A stretch of 64,000 bases of DNA from NCBI GenBank assembly GCA_965261835.1, contig OZ253478.1:600832-664831 (forward strand), given 5' to 3'. The translations under genes were made by a program, and so were the position numbers. How positions within the stretch are numbered: the stretch's first letter is position 1; every line of letters starts with the position of its first letter. Of this stretch, positions 22,225-33,372 are shown one piece after another. The notes beneath the pieces were generated by a model. It did no database searches and had not been told where the DNA came from. It saw only the letters and a program-made list of their open reading frames with translations. This stretch comes from Dehalococcoidia bacterium. GTDB lineage: Bacteria > Chloroflexota > Dehalococcoidia > SHYD01.

Positions 22225-22950
22225 ATGTTACGTCTAATTAATGAACTCCGGCGCGATATTGCGGTCATCATTGAGAAAGACCCGGCCGCGGCCAACGTTG
22301 TTGAAGTCGTGCTCACCTATCCCGGGCTGCACGCCCGGGAGATCCACCGCGTCTCCCACGCGTTGTGGAACCTCAGCATTCCCGTGCTGCCCCGTGTTAT
22401 CTCGCACCTCGGAAGAATCGTAACCGGGATAGAGATCCATCCCGGCGCACAGATTGGGTCTGACTTCTTCATTGACCATGGCAGCGGTGTTGTTGTCGGC
22501 GAAACCTCCATCATCGGCAATAACGTATTCCTCTACCAAGGCGTGACCTTGGGAGGCACCAGCACCCGCAAGACAAAGCGCCACCCCACACTGGGCAACA
22601 ACGTGGTGGTGGGCGCCGGTGCAAAGCTGATAGGTGCTATCACCGTGGGAGACAACGTCAAAATAGGGGCCGGTTCCGTGGTAGTAACCTCGGTGCCCGG
22701 CAACGCCACCGTAGTGGGCGTGCCGGGCCGCGTGGTGGCCATCCGCAACCCGGACGACGATACGCTAGAGCGGCTGCCCGACCCCGAATGGGATTTCATG
22801 CAAAGCCTGGAGAAACGGTTGGCAGAACTGGAAGCTCGCCTCACCATCGTAGAAGCACAACTCGAAGCGCAACGGGAACCACAACTGCGCCAGTCCCGGG
22901 ATAAGGCCGGCAATATGGCCTCGGGCATGCCTACTAAGGAGGGGGTATGA
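22225..22950 (+). CDS. cysE: serine O-acetyltransferase
   Basis: N-terminal SAT helical domain followed by hexapeptide repeats (GAQIGSDFFIDHGSGVVVGETSIIGNNV). Confidence 0.9.
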   Translation: MLRLINELRRDIAVIIEKDPAAANVVEVVLTYPGLHAREIHRVSHALWNLSIPVLPRVISHLGRIVTGIEIHPGAQIGSDFFIDHGSGVVVGETSIIGNNVFLYQGVTLGGTSTRKTKRHPTLGNNVVVGAGAKLIGAITVGDNVKIGAGSVVVTSVPGNATVVGVPGRVVAIRNPDDDTLERLPDPEWDFMQSLEKRLAELEARLTIVEAQLEAQREPQLRQSRDKAGNMASGMPTKEGV

Positions 22951-24302
22951 GGATCTGGAACACGCTCACCGGCACCAAGGAGGAATTCCTTCCGCAGCAT
23001 GATCCGGTGCAGTTGTACGTGTGCGGTGTGACCCCTTATGACGAAGCCCACATTGGCCACGCGATGAGTTACCTCCTCTTTGACGTAATCCGGCGCTACT
23101 TGGAATTCAGCGGATATGCGGTCAAACATGTCCAGAATTTCACCGATATCGATGACAAGCTCATCGCTCGAGCGCAGCAACAAGCGGTACCAGTCCAGCA
23201 GTTAGCCGAACAGTTCATCAGCCGTTATTTCGAGGACATGGACGCCCTCAACATCCAGCGCGCGCACCTCTACCCCAGGGTCACCGAAGAGCTCCCCGCG
23301 ATCATCGACCTCATCAGTAACCTCGAACAAGCAGGCTACGCTTATGCCTCCGACGGGAATGCGTACTTCCGGGTCCCGGGTGATGAGGACTACGGGAAGC
23401 TGAGCCATCGCTCCTTGGAGGGCATGATGGCGGGCGCCCGGGTTGACGTGGAGGAGGCCAAAGAGCACCCCATGGACTTTGTGCTCTGGAAAAGCGCCAA
23501 GCCCGGCGAACCGCAGTGGGACAGCCCATGGGGGCCGGGTCGGCCGGGGTGGCACATTGAATGCTCCGCCATGGCCATGAAATACCTCGGCCCCTCACTC
23601 GACATCCACGGCGGCGGCCAAGACCTCATCTTCCCCCATCACGAGAATGAAATCGCCCAATCTGAAAGCGCTACCGGCATCGTCCCCTTTGCTCGCTACT
23701 GGCTGCACAACGGTCTGTTACGCCTGGGCGAGGAGAAGATGAGCAAATCGCTGGGCAACCTGGTCACCATCCAGGAAGTGCTTGCGGAGCACTCCGCCGA
23801 CGCGCTCCGGCTGTTCGTACTCGGGTCTCACTACCGCAGCCCGCTTACCTTCAGTACCGAAACCCTGGAGGCCGCAGACAAGGGGGTAAGCCGCCTGCGA
23901 GAAGCCCTGCGGCCCGCGCCGGACACCAACGGCGCCAGCGCATTGGATGCCGCCGAGTATCGCACGCGTTTCACTCAAGCCATGGATGACGACTTCAATA
24001 GCGCCCAGGCGGTGGCCGTACTCTTTGACCTTGCACGCGAGATCAACCGGGCGCGTGAACGCGGGCAAAGCGTGGCCGCGGCCCAGGCGGAACTCAGCAC
24101 TTTGAGCGGAGTACTCGGCCTGACGCTACCGGAGAGCGCCAACACCCTCAGCGACGCGGCGCCCTTCATAGAACTGCTGATCCAGGTCCGCTCCGAGCTC
24201 CGCAACCGCAAGGAGTTTGCCCTAGCGGATGGCATACGCAACGGGCTCACCGAGCGCGGCGTGACGCTGGAAGATTCGCCGCAAGGCACAACCTGGCGGT
24301 AA
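22947..24302 (+). CDS. cysS: cysteine--tRNA ligase
   Basis: HIGHAMSY and KMSKSLGN motifs; 451 aa. Confidence 0.95.
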   Translation: MRIWNTLTGTKEEFLPQHDPVQLYVCGVTPYDEAHIGHAMSYLLFDVIRRYLEFSGYAVKHVQNFTDIDDKLIARAQQQAVPVQQLAEQFISRYFEDMDALNIQRAHLYPRVTEELPAIIDLISNLEQAGYAYASDGNAYFRVPGDEDYGKLSHRSLEGMMAGARVDVEEAKEHPMDFVLWKSAKPGEPQWDSPWGPGRPGWHIECSAMAMKYLGPSLDIHGGGQDLIFPHHENEIAQSESATGIVPFARYWLHNGLLRLGEEKMSKSLGNLVTIQEVLAEHSADALRLFVLGSHYRSPLTFSTETLEAADKGVSRLREALRPAPDTNGASALDAAEYRTRFTQAMDDDFNSAQAVAVLFDLAREINRARERGQSVAAAQAELSTLSGVLGLTLPESANTLSDAAPFIELLIQVRSELRNRKEFALADGIRNGLTERGVTLEDSPQGTTWR

Positions 24303-24336
24303 CAAGCGGCAGCAGGAAGTGGGGACCAACGGTAGC

Positions 24337-24365
24337 TTGACGCCTATTCTCTGCGTCTCTACAAT
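24337..24365 (+). promoter_or_regulatory. sigma-70-like promoter TTGACG-N17-TACAAT upstream of tRNA-Thr/tRNA-Tyr
   Basis: Near-consensus boxes sit 83 nt upstream of the tRNA. Confidence 0.5.
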
Positions 24366-24448
24366 GGGGAAGTCACCGCCTGATGAGACAAGCCCGATGG
24401 GGGGACCCTACCTGCCAGGTAACGTCCACAATGGCCAAGGGCAGACAT

Positions 24449-24520
24449 GCCCGAGTGGCGCAATGGCAGCGCAACCGACTTGTAATCGGTAGGCTAGGGG
24501 TTCGACTCCCCTCTCGGGCT
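24449..24520 (+). tRNA. tRNA-Thr (anticodon UGU)
   Basis: Manual cloverleaf: acceptor gcccgag/ctcgggc, D stem gcgc, anticodon stem accga/tcggt with loop cuUGUaa, T arm agggg-ttcgact-cccct. Confidence 0.8.
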
Positions 24521-24576
24521 TTGCGATCTACACTGGGTCAAGCGTCGCCGCGGCGGCTGTCAAGACCCATCACCGT

Positions 24577-24664
24577 GGTGGGGTGGGTGAGTGGCTAATA
24601 CCAACAGACTGTAAATCTGTCGCCCTGACGGGCTACGCAGGTTCGAATCCTGCCCCCACCACCA
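24577..24664 (+). tRNA. tRNA-Tyr (anticodon GUA), long variable arm, CCA encoded
   Basis: Acceptor ggtgggg/ccccacc, anticodon loop ctGTAaa, variable arm cgccctgacgggctac, T loop ttcgaat. Confidence 0.85.
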
Positions 24665-24887
24665 CTTTCCGGCCTTGACTACTGTACTGCGAACTGACTC
24701 TACGGCTGCGGCCCGAACACGGAGCCCGCGACCCTGACGTGTCTAAGGCGACCCCCTCCTCAGGAGTCGCGCTACCCGAAAGAGCAGCGGCTGCTCGACT
24801 CGTCACCGCCGGGCAATGTGCTATGCGGATTTGAGGGGCGAGGCCGCGCTTTAGGTGTTCACGGCAGTATACACGCGAGGATGATCT

Positions 24888-25445
24888 ATGATGCTAAACC
24901 AATCTCGGAGACCTCGAAGCGCGGCTCGCTTTCTCTTCCTCGGAGCCCTGTCGCTCGGTGCCATGCTGATGGTGTCGTGCAATGGCGACAGTCCAGACGC
25001 TCCAACGAGCGCCAGTCTCGAACGGGCCACCTACCTCACTGAGAGCACGGAGGTGGGCACGGCCACGCTCGAAGACGGCGAATTCCGCCAGCCAGTCGCC
25101 CCCGGCTCATCCGCCGAAATGGTAATCCGGCTCGGCAAATGGTCAACCGGCGACATCGACGGGCGCGACGGTGTCGACGCGGCGGCGATCACGGTCGAGA
25201 ACCCTGGCGGCAGCGGCACGTTCTTCTTCCTCCACGCACTGGTCAACGATGAAGGCGCGCTGCACGACGCGGGCTTCGCTTTCCTCGGGGATCGCGTCCG
25301 GGTCGAGGGCGTCTCCATCCACGACGGGGTCATCACCGTTGCCATGCTCGACCGGGCGCCGAACGAGGCGTTCGCGAACCCCCCGACGATTGCCGTGATC
25401 CGTCAGTTCCGGCTTGAGAACGAGAAGCTAGTTGAGCAGGAGTAA
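24888..25445 (+). CDS. putative lipoprotein (signal peptide with lipobox-like LMVSC)
   Basis: 185 aa with an N-terminal signal sequence. Lies between the tRNA-Tyr gene and its degenerate copy. Confidence 0.5.
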   Translation: MMLNQSRRPRSAARFLFLGALSLGAMLMVSCNGDSPDAPTSASLERATYLTESTEVGTATLEDGEFRQPVAPGSSAEMVIRLGKWSTGDIDGRDGVDAAAITVENPGGSGTFFFLHALVNDEGALHDAGFAFLGDRVRVEGVSIHDGVITVAMLDRAPNEAFANPPTIAVIRQFRLENEKLVEQE

Positions 25446-25447
25446 GG

Positions 25448-25535
25448 CAGCGGGTGGGTGAATGGCTAATTCCATCAGACTGTAAATTTGTCGCCCTGAC
25501 GGGCTACGCAGGTCAGAATCCTGCCCCTCCGCCAC
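25448..25535 (+). pseudogene. degenerate tRNA-Tyr-like copy (pseudo-tRNA)
   Basis: About 85% identical to tRNA-Tyr at 24577-24664. Same anticodon loop and variable arm, but the T loop is TCAGAAT instead of TTCGAAT and the acceptor and anticodon stems have mismatches. Confidence 0.5.
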
Positions 25536-25545
25536 TTACCACAGA

Positions 25546-26514
25546 TTGAGGAGAACGCTCATGCACCAACGACCATTCGGCAAGCTGGGTGTAGCAAGCG
25601 CCCTCACCCTCGGCGGCGGCGGACTCGGCCGGATATGGGGGCAGACCACCCGCGAGGAGTGCGTCGCCACTGTCCGCGAGGCCGTCGATTCCGGCATCGA
25701 CCTGCTCGACCTCGCGCCTTCCTACGGCGGGGGCGAGGCTGAGGCCGTCATCGGAGCCGCCTTCGAAGGCAACCTGCCCGCCGGCGTGCGCGTCACCACC
25801 AAGTGCCGCGTCGGCGATACCCCGCCTGCCCAAGTCTACGACCTCCTCTCCGAAAGTCTGACCGGCAGCCTCGAACGCATGAAGACCGACCACGTCGACA
25901 TCATGTTCCTGCACAACTCGGTCACTCTCGGGGGCGAGGGCGGGGAGCGCGTGACCACCGCAGCGTCCGTCGCCGAAGCCGTCGCTCCCGCGTTCGAACG
26001 GCTCGTCGCCGAGGGCCGCGTCCGCTACTGGGGACTGACCGGCATCGGCCTGGCCGATGCCCTCATCGAGCTGCTGACCAACGGCCCGCGCCCCGACTAC
26101 GTCCAGTGTATCGCCAACCTCCTCGACTCTTCCGGAGGCCTGCTGCGGGGCGAAGCCCCCGCCCGCCCGCGCGACATCATGGCTGCCGCAAACGCCAACA
26201 ACGTGGCCGTCCTGGGCATCCGCGCCGTCCAAGCCGGCGCCCTCACCGACGCCATCGACCGCCCCCTGCCCGACGGCCACTCAGAGCTTGCCGACTACGC
26301 CCGAGCCGCCCCCTTCCGCGCCATCGCTGCCGAGATTGGCATGTCCGCCGCCTATCTCGCCCACCAATACGCGCTATCCATCGAAGGCGTATCGACCGTC
26401 GTCCTCGGGGTCAAAAACAGGGGAGAGCTCCGCGAATGTATCGCGGCAGAAGCCGCCGCTCCCATGGCCCCCGCCCTCATGGACCGCATAGATAAAGCCG
26501 TCGGACGGATCTAA
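25546..26514 (+). CDS. aldo/keto reductase
   Basis: 322 aa AKR fold (MHQRPFGKLGVASALTLGGGGLG...). Starts 10 nt after the pseudo-tRNA with a GAGGAG RBS. Confidence 0.85.
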   Translation: MRRTLMHQRPFGKLGVASALTLGGGGLGRIWGQTTREECVATVREAVDSGIDLLDLAPSYGGGEAEAVIGAAFEGNLPAGVRVTTKCRVGDTPPAQVYDLLSESLTGSLERMKTDHVDIMFLHNSVTLGGEGGERVTTAASVAEAVAPAFERLVAEGRVRYWGLTGIGLADALIELLTNGPRPDYVQCIANLLDSSGGLLRGEAPARPRDIMAAANANNVAVLGIRAVQAGALTDAIDRPLPDGHSELADYARAAPFRAIAAEIGMSAAYLAHQYALSIEGVSTVVLGVKNRGELRECIAAEAAAPMAPALMDRIDKAVGRI

Positions 26515-26656
26515 CCCGCTGACATACGCCCCTTATCTTTTCCCACGCGCGCATACGTCCATTTGCCCGATGGGCCGCTAAAACCCCTCCTCCGATGGGC
26601 CGCATCACAAGCCCGCCCAATGAGGATCGTTCTCTACCATTCCACCCTCAACCCAA

Positions 26657-27409
26657 GTGGCATATCCTGTTTCGTGCAGGCGAGATAACAGCAGCCTGCC
26701 AGGAGAAGAAGCAATGATTCCTGATTACATACGAGAGCGGATACTGCGCCCGATACCGCAGGACTGCTGCGTCCCTGATGGCTTGATTCCTCAGGTCGCA
26801 GAGGGCTATCTCGAAAAAGCTAGAATCGCCACCGTTGGCTTGAATCCCAAGGGCGCTAGGTCGCGTAAGGAGTATTCACCGGAAGGCGAATTCGATTTGG
26901 ACGAAGCCGGCCTCCAAAAAGCCTGGCAGGACAAGAGGCAGTACTTCGAGAGCAACTACTATAGGCCCTACTTCGGGCCGTTGGAGAAAATTCTCAACGC
27001 GTGCGGTGCTTCTTACGGCGGTCTATGCGGTCCCAATAACCCTTCGGCAGTCTCGCTGGATCTCGTCCAGTGGGCGACGGATCCGTCATCGTGGAGTGAA
27101 TTGCCCTATGGCGTTCCAGAGAAGTTGCTTGAAGAGGACAAGGCGTTTTTCGGGAGGCTCTTGACAGAGAATCCGAACATCGAACTAGTGCTTGCCATCA
27201 GCCGCAGAGTGGTTGAGGAATTGAAGTATCGGCACGGAGCTCAGATCATCGGTGAAGAGACTCGGGGATCGGTCCGACTGTTCTATGGAGAAGTGCTGGG
27301 GAAGAAGCTGATTGGATGGAACAAATGGCCGCGCTTCATGCCTCCAGAAGCGAGGCAGCGGGTGGGCGAGATAGCAGCGGACGCGAGCCTGGGGAGGATG
27401 CCCAGGTGA
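26657..27409 (+). CDS. hypothetical protein (no recognizable domain), lower-GC gene
   Basis: 250 aa ORF with lower local GC than its flanks. Its stop overlaps the GTG of the downstream DUF3800-like ORF. Confidence 0.45.
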   Translation: MAYPVSCRRDNSSLPGEEAMIPDYIRERILRPIPQDCCVPDGLIPQVAEGYLEKARIATVGLNPKGARSRKEYSPEGEFDLDEAGLQKAWQDKRQYFESNYYRPYFGPLEKILNACGASYGGLCGPNNPSAVSLDLVQWATDPSSWSELPYGVPEKLLEEDKAFFGRLLTENPNIELVLAISRRVVEELKYRHGAQIIGEETRGSVRLFYGEVLGKKLIGWNKWPRFMPPEARQRVGEIAADASLGRMPR

Positions 27410-27672
27410 GTGGCACCATAGATGTCTTTCTGGACGAATCGGGCAATCTGGACTTCACTGCGGGTGGAACGCGGTACTTTGTTATGACCAGCGTTAGCAT
27501 GGAGAGACCCTTTCCAATGAACGACGCCCTCGACGCCTACAAGTACGACTGCCTTGAGCTTGGCTTACCCCAAGAATACTTCCACATGCGCATTCCTGAA
27601 AGAACGAGACAGGAAGTGATATTCTGCTGGGAAAGGCAGAATCAGCGGAATGATGATCATGTCGGCAGGTAA
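27406..27672 (+). CDS. DUF3800-like N-terminal fragment
   Basis: (GTG)SGTIDVFLDESGNLDF matches the N-terminal signature of the DUF3800 family. Only about 88 aa, against an expected length of about 250, so likely a remnant. Confidence 0.35.
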   Translation: MSGTIDVFLDESGNLDFTAGGTRYFVMTSVSMERPFPMNDALDAYKYDCLELGLPQEYFHMRIPERTRQEVIFCWERQNQRNDDHVGR

Positions 27673-27843
27673 GTTTACCCCATGACACCTGACCAAATCA
27701 TGGAGCCCACCGCCGCCTCATCTCGTTTACACCCCTATTGACTTAACCTCAGAGTTCTGCCTACAGTCTCCTTAGTCTTACCATATATTTTGCAATCATC
27801 AGGCTAGTGCGCAGCGTGCGGCTGGTCATTACTGGAGGAACGC

Positions 27844-28074
27844 GTGAACAAGCGGAAGCAAGTAGCTGCCCACAAGCACAGAATCAAAGCGAAGAAGCGG
27901 GACGAGAAGCGCCGCGCCCTGGCCGCACCGTCGCGCCCCGTCGCTCGCCCGGTTGCGGCTCCGGCTCGTGCCGCCGCCGCTGCCGCCGCCGTGGCGGAGC
28001 CCGCCGCCCCACCGGTCAGGCGCACGCGGAGACGCCCCGCCGCCGCCGCAGAAGAGCCCGCCCAAGAATCCTAG
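27844..28074 (+). CDS. small basic Ala/Arg/Pro-rich protein
   Basis: 76 aa with a GTG start after GGAGGAA. Lys/Arg-rich N-terminus (NKRKQVAAHKHRIKAKKRDEKRR) and an Ala/Pro-rich tail. Function unknown. Confidence 0.35.
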   Translation: MNKRKQVAAHKHRIKAKKRDEKRRALAAPSRPVARPVAAPARAAAAAAAVAEPAAPPVRRTRRRPAAAAEEPAQES

Positions 28075-28296
28075 GACGATACGGGGCGCACTACTCGCAG
28101 TATCGTTGCCCTCTTATCAGCCACAAGGCCCTAGACGCTCAGCCGGATTTCGATACCCGTGGGCAGATGGACGGCGTCACTGTGTTGAGCCGGGCACGTA
28201 AGATGTTCCAAGAGGAGCCTACAACAACGTCAGAGCGCTTGCTGCGCTGACTCTCGCGGCTGTCGTCAATGTGAGGGCAGTCGGAAGCAGTTACAT

Positions 28297-28330
28297 AAAA
28301 GGTGGCCCCTAGTACCAGGGGCCACCTTTT
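28297..28330. terminator. bidirectional rho-independent terminator
   Basis: aaaa-ggtggcccct-agtacc-aggggccacc-tttt; 10-bp GC stem, 19 nt downstream of the rplL stop. Confidence 0.65.
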
Positions 28331-28348
28331 ACGTGCGGGGTTGCAATA

Positions 28349-28735
28349 CTACTTGACCTCGACCCCGGCGCCCACTTCTTCCAGCTTCTTCTTTACCTGA
28401 TCCGCCTCGTCCTTGCCCACGGACTCTTTCACGTTAGTGGGTGCGGCCTCCACCAGGTCCTTAGCCTCTTTGAGGCCAAGCGAGGTTAGTTCGCGGACCA
28501 CTTTGATGACGTTGATCTTGTTGGCGCCAATAGCGGTCAGCACCACGTTAAACTCGGTCTGCTCCTCAACTGGCTCAGCGGCCACTGCGCCCGCCGCCGG
28601 AGCAGCCGCTACGGCCATAGGCGCCGCGGCGCTCACGCCGAACTCCTCTTCCAGCGCCTTCACCAGTTCCGCCAAGTCCAGCACGCTCATCTCTTTGATG
28701 GCGGCGATCATCTCGTCTTTTGTTAGGGTCGCCAT
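28349..28735 (-). CDS. rplL: 50S ribosomal protein L7/L12
   Basis: [34 protein letters not shown]...GVEVK. Confidence 0.95.
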   Translation of the reverse strand: MATLTKDEMIAAIKEMSVLDLAELVKALEEEFGVSAAAPMAVAAAPAAGAVAAEPVEEQTEFNVVLTAIGANKINVIKVVRELTSLGLKEAKDLVEAAPTNVKESVGKDEADQVKKKLEEVGAGVEVK

Positions 28736-28766
28736 GTTGTGCTCCTACCTTTCCATTTTCGACTGA

Positions 28767-29291
28767 CTAAGACTCTGCCAATTGCTTCGCTCGTGCATCC
28801 AGCACACGCGCAAAGCCGGTGATAATCTGATTAAGCCCGGTCACAAAGCCGGTGATGGGCGCCTGCATGCCCCCCATGAGTTGCGCAAGCAGCACCTCTC
28901 TGGTGGGCAGGCTTGCCAGCGCCTGCACGTCGGCGGCTTGGAGCACCCGCTCTTCAAGAACGCCACCCCGGAGCGGCAAATTCAACCGGCTGGTGCGTAT
29001 GTACTCGGTAAGCGTTCTGGCCGCCTCAACTTCATCACCGAAGCCAATGGCCATCGCCGTGGGCCCGGATAACAGCTCCAGGTACGCTTTACGTCCGCTG
29101 CGTTCGGCAGCAAGGCGTCCCAACGTGTTCTTCACAATGTGAAACTCAACGTTGGCCTCACGCAGCTTGCGCCGCAGCGCCGTAAGCTCAGCCATCTTCA
29201 AGCCCCGATAGTCGGTCACAATGGCCACGGTGCCCCGCTGCATCAGTTCTTGCAAATATTCAGTGGTTTCCACTTTCTTCTGCGTTGGCAT
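28767..29291 (-). CDS. rplJ: 50S ribosomal protein L10
   Basis: 174 aa; GTVAIVTDYRGLKMAELTALRRKLRE; position in the rplKAJL cluster. Confidence 0.9.
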   Translation of the reverse strand: MPTQKKVETTEYLQELMQRGTVAIVTDYRGLKMAELTALRRKLREANVEFHIVKNTLGRLAAERSGRKAYLELLSGPTAMAIGFGDEVEAARTLTEYIRTSRLNLPLRGGVLEERVLQAADVQALASLPTREVLLAQLMGGMQAPITGFVTGLNQIITGFARVLDARAKQLAES

Positions 29292-29502
29292 CTACAGACA
29301 GTACCTCCTTTCCCCTATTTTATGCCTACAAAACAAAAGCTCTTGCGCAGACCGCAAGAGCACAGAATAAGCGCCTCAGGACGCTTACACTTAGCCTAGG
29401 CAGGTGGTCAAACCATTAATGCCCCGTGGGCGCCTGCGGTCTACGGCTATTCGATTGTGAGTGTGTAGCTCAGATAGTGCTAGTATAGCACCTCCACGAT
29501 CC

Positions 29503-30222
29503 CTAGTTTGCGCCTGCCGCCATGCTCAGCGCCGGGCTCAAGTCGATGGGGATGCCTGGCCCCATGGTGGTGGTTACCGTGAGACTCCGGAGATACTGCC
29601 CCTTTGCCCCTGAAGGCTTTGCCTTGACCACTGCGTCTACTAGCGTGGCCATGTTGTCCAGCAACTGCTGTTCCTCAAAGCTCACTTTACCGATGGGCGC
29701 ATGGATGATGGCGGTGCGGTCCAGCCGAAACTCCACCCGGCCTTTCCGTGCGTCCAGCACTGCCTTTCCAATGTCGGCCATTTGGACGACGGTGCCCGAG
29801 CGCGGGTTGGGCATGAGGCCTTTTCGGCCCAACACTCGGCCTAATCGGCCAATGCGACCCATCATCTCCGGGGTCGCAATCGCAACGTCGAAGTCGGTCC
29901 ACCCGTCTTCCACCTTCTTGACAAGCTCATCCTCGCCCACAAAGTCCGCGCCTGCCTCTTCCGCCATGCGGACCCCTTCGCCCTGAGCAAAGACAAGCAC
30001 CCGGACTGGTTTACCAAGACCGTGAGGCAGCAGCACCACCCCCCGCACTTGCTGGTCGGCGTGGCGGGGGTCTAGCCCCATCCGCATGTGCAACTCTACT
30101 GTCTCATCGAACTTTACGGTAGAAGCCGATTTTGCCAGCGAAACCCCTTCGTCGGGTGGATAAAGCTTATCTGCTTCTAGAAGCTTCACCGCCTCGTTGT
30201 AACGTTTACCGTGATTTGGCAT
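29503..30222 (-). CDS. rplA: 50S ribosomal protein L1
   Basis: [31 protein letters not shown]...[24 protein letters not shown]. Confidence 0.95.
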   Translation of the reverse strand: MPNHGKRYNEAVKLLEADKLYPPDEGVSLAKSASTVKFDETVELHMRMGLDPRHADQQVRGVVLLPHGLGKPVRVLVFAQGEGVRMAEEAGADFVGEDELVKKVEDGWTDFDVAIATPEMMGRIGRLGRVLGRKGLMPNPRSGTVVQMADIGKAVLDARKGRVEFRLDRTAIIHAPIGKVSFEEQQLLDNMATLVDAVVKAKPSGAKGQYLRSLTVTTTMGPGIPIDLSPALSMAAGAN

Positions 30223-30228
30223 GGCTAT

Positions 30229-30660
30229 CTATCCTCGCTCTGTTACCACAATGCCCATACTGCGGGCGGTGCCTTCTATGATCTTAATGGCGGTATCAAC
30301 GTCGTATGCGTTGAGGTCTTTCATCTTGGTTTCGGCGATCTGCACCAATTGCTCATGGCTGATCGTGGCCACCTTCGCCACTTTGGGATTGTTGCTGCCC
30401 TTCTCCAACCCAAGCGCCCGTTTCAGCAGGTCGGTCGCGGGCGAGGTCTTGGTGATGAATGTGAAGCTGCGGTCTTCGAAAACCGTCAGCTCCACTGGGA
30501 CAATTGTGCCCGCCAATGCCGCAGTCCGTTCGTTATATTCCTTCACGAACTGCATGATGTTGATCCCGTGCTGGCCGAGCGCAGGGCCAATGGGCGGGGC
30601 CGGCGTTGCTTTGCCCGCCGGGATCTGCAGCTTGACGATTGCGCGTACTTTACGTGCCAC
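30229..30660 (-). CDS. rplK: 50S ribosomal protein L11
   Basis: [38 protein letters not shown]. Confidence 0.95.
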   Translation of the reverse strand: MARKVRAIVKLQIPAGKATPAPPIGPALGQHGINIMQFVKEYNERTAALAGTIVPVELTVFEDRSFTFITKTSPATDLLKRALGLEKGSNNPKVAKVATISHEQLVQIAETKMKDLNAYDVDTAIKIIEGTARSMGIVVTERG

Positions 30661-30703
30661 GATTCAGAAATCCTCTCTAATGTTCAGCCTTTAGCGCCTT
30701 CGG

Positions 30704-31309
30704 TTACAGCCGCTCCACTTGTAAAAAGTCCAGTTCCACCGGTGTTTCCCGTCCAAAGAACGAAATGAGGACGCGTACTTTGCCCTTGTCTCGGTTGATG
30801 GTATCTACCACGCCCACGAAATCGGTGAAGGGGCCATCGATGACACGGACGCTTTGCCCCTTATTGAAGCCTACCTTAACCCGTGGTGCTTCGGCATCCA
30901 TCTGCCGGCGGATCTGCGCTACCTCGCTCTCCTCTAGCGGGGTAGGCTCTGCCCCGCTGCCGACAAACCCCGTCACGCCCTGCGTGTTCCGAACGACATA
31001 CCAACTGTTCTCGTCCAGGATCATCTGGACCAGGATGTAGCCAGGGAAAACCTTGCGGGCAACCGTGCGCCGCTGCCCTCCCTTGACCTCTATTTCGTCC
31101 TCGGTAGGCACCAAGACATGGAAGATCTTGTCTTCCATGTCCATAGTCTTGATCCGTTGCTCTAGGTGAGTCTTGACGCGGTTCTCGTAGCCAGAATACG
31201 TGTGCACTACATACCAGTGGCGACCGTCATCAGGCGTTTCCGGCTCCGCGACTTCTTCAACCTCTAGTACTTCAACCTGTTGCTCTTCTGCCATAGCCCC
31301 TTGTGTCAT
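30704..31309 (-). CDS. nusG: transcription termination/antitermination factor NusG (acidic N-terminal extension)
   Basis: NGN domain (WYVVHTYSGYENRV) and KOW domain (FNKGQSVRVIDGPFTDFVGVV). Start chosen at MTQGAMAEEQQ; an alternative ATG is at 31294. Confidence 0.85.
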   Translation of the reverse strand: MTQGAMAEEQQVEVLEVEEVAEPETPDDGRHWYVVHTYSGYENRVKTHLEQRIKTMDMEDKIFHVLVPTEDEIEVKGGQRRTVARKVFPGYILVQMILDENSWYVVRNTQGVTGFVGSGAEPTPLEESEVAQIRRQMDAEAPRVKVGFNKGQSVRVIDGPFTDFVGVVDTINRDKGKVRVLISFFGRETPVELDFLQVERL

Positions 31310-31581
31310 TACAGACCTGGTACCAAAAACTGCCGCACAACCTGGGTGAATACCCAGTCGATAGCGCCTAGCACCACGCCCATTGCAGAAGCCCCAATAA
31401 TAACAATGGTGCTCAAATGCAGGGTCTGTTCCTTGGTAGGCCAAACAACCTTCTTTAGCTCAGCATAGGTGTCCCGGATAAAATTGAAGCTGCCCCTACC
31501 ACCCCGCGGCAATGCAATGCGGCCGCTGGGACGGATTTCACGCCGCTCTTGTTCACGACGAATAGTGCGCTGTGAGCTCAC
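31309..31581 (-). CDS. secE: preprotein translocase subunit SecE
   Basis: 90 aa with a single C-terminal TM; FIRDTYAELKKVVWPTKEQ...; position between rpmG and nusG. Confidence 0.8.
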   Translation of the reverse strand: MSSQRTIRREQERREIRPSGRIALPRGGRGSFNFIRDTYAELKKVVWPTKEQTLHLSTIVIIGASAMGVVLGAIDWVFTQVVRQFLVPGL

Positions 31582-31584
31582 AGC

Positions 31585-31752
31585 CTATCTAACTTCCCGA
31601 TGCGCTCTATGTTGCCGGCACCGCGGGCAATATTTCGACAGCTCTATGCGATCTGCATCGTTACGTCGGTTCTTCTGCGTGGTGTAATTGCGCTCACGGC
31701 ACTCACCGCACGCCAGATGGATGACGGTTCTCACTTCACCCTTCTTGGCCAT
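31585..31752 (-). CDS. rpmG: 50S ribosomal protein L33
   Basis: Manual translation [55 protein letters not shown] (55 aa). Below the ORF-track size cutoff. Confidence 0.8.
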   Translation of the reverse strand: MAKKGEVRTVIHLACGECRERNYTTQKNRRNDADRIELSKYCPRCRQHRAHREVR

Positions 31753-31770
31753 ACTCTACACCCCCTCTCT

Positions 31771-32976
<1,206 letters not shown>

Positions 32977-33001
32977 TGCTCGCGATGACTCCTTGAATCA
33001 C

Positions 33002-33077
33002 TGGAGCCCACGACCAGAATCGAACTGGTGACCTCATTCTTACCAAGAATGCGCTCTACCGACTGAGCTACGTGGGC
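33002..33077 (-). tRNA. tRNA-Thr (anticodon GGU), CCA encoded
   Basis: Reverse complement gives GCCCACGTAGCTCAGTCGGTAGAGCGCATTCTTGGTAAGAATGAGGTCACCAGTTCGATTCTGGTCGTGGGCTCCA, a clean cloverleaf with anticodon loop ttGGTaa. Confidence 0.85.
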
Positions 33078-33372
33078 TCGGGCTTGTTGCCGGCCCCGTT
33101 AGGGTGCCCGGTAACACAAAAATTACAGAGCACGTATGCTCTGCGTTCGTCAAGTGTAGCATAGCTACGCGAACAGAATCAAGGATGAAACGCCGACAAG
33201 CAGCTACCTCAGACCCCGATGGCCATCCCTGCCAGATGGAAGCCTTCCCGCCCTGAAGCAACGCGACATGTGACGGATTTCCTAGTACCATATTAAACGA
33301 CTGAGCGACTCTGAGTGAAGAAGAAGGCGTTTCTGGCAGTGACTAGCTGGACTAGCTGATGGGGGACCGCTG

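Noticed and set aside
24383-24598. 71-aa ORF spanning the tRNA-Thr and tRNA-Tyr genes.
   Set aside because: It overlaps two clean tRNA cloverleaves, so it is spurious.
33078-33372. Promoter for the tRNA-Thr(GGU)-tuf operon.
   Set aside because: A TTGACG hexamer plus a palindrome (cagagca-tacg-tgctctg) is present, but no -10 element at correct spacing could be assigned confidently.
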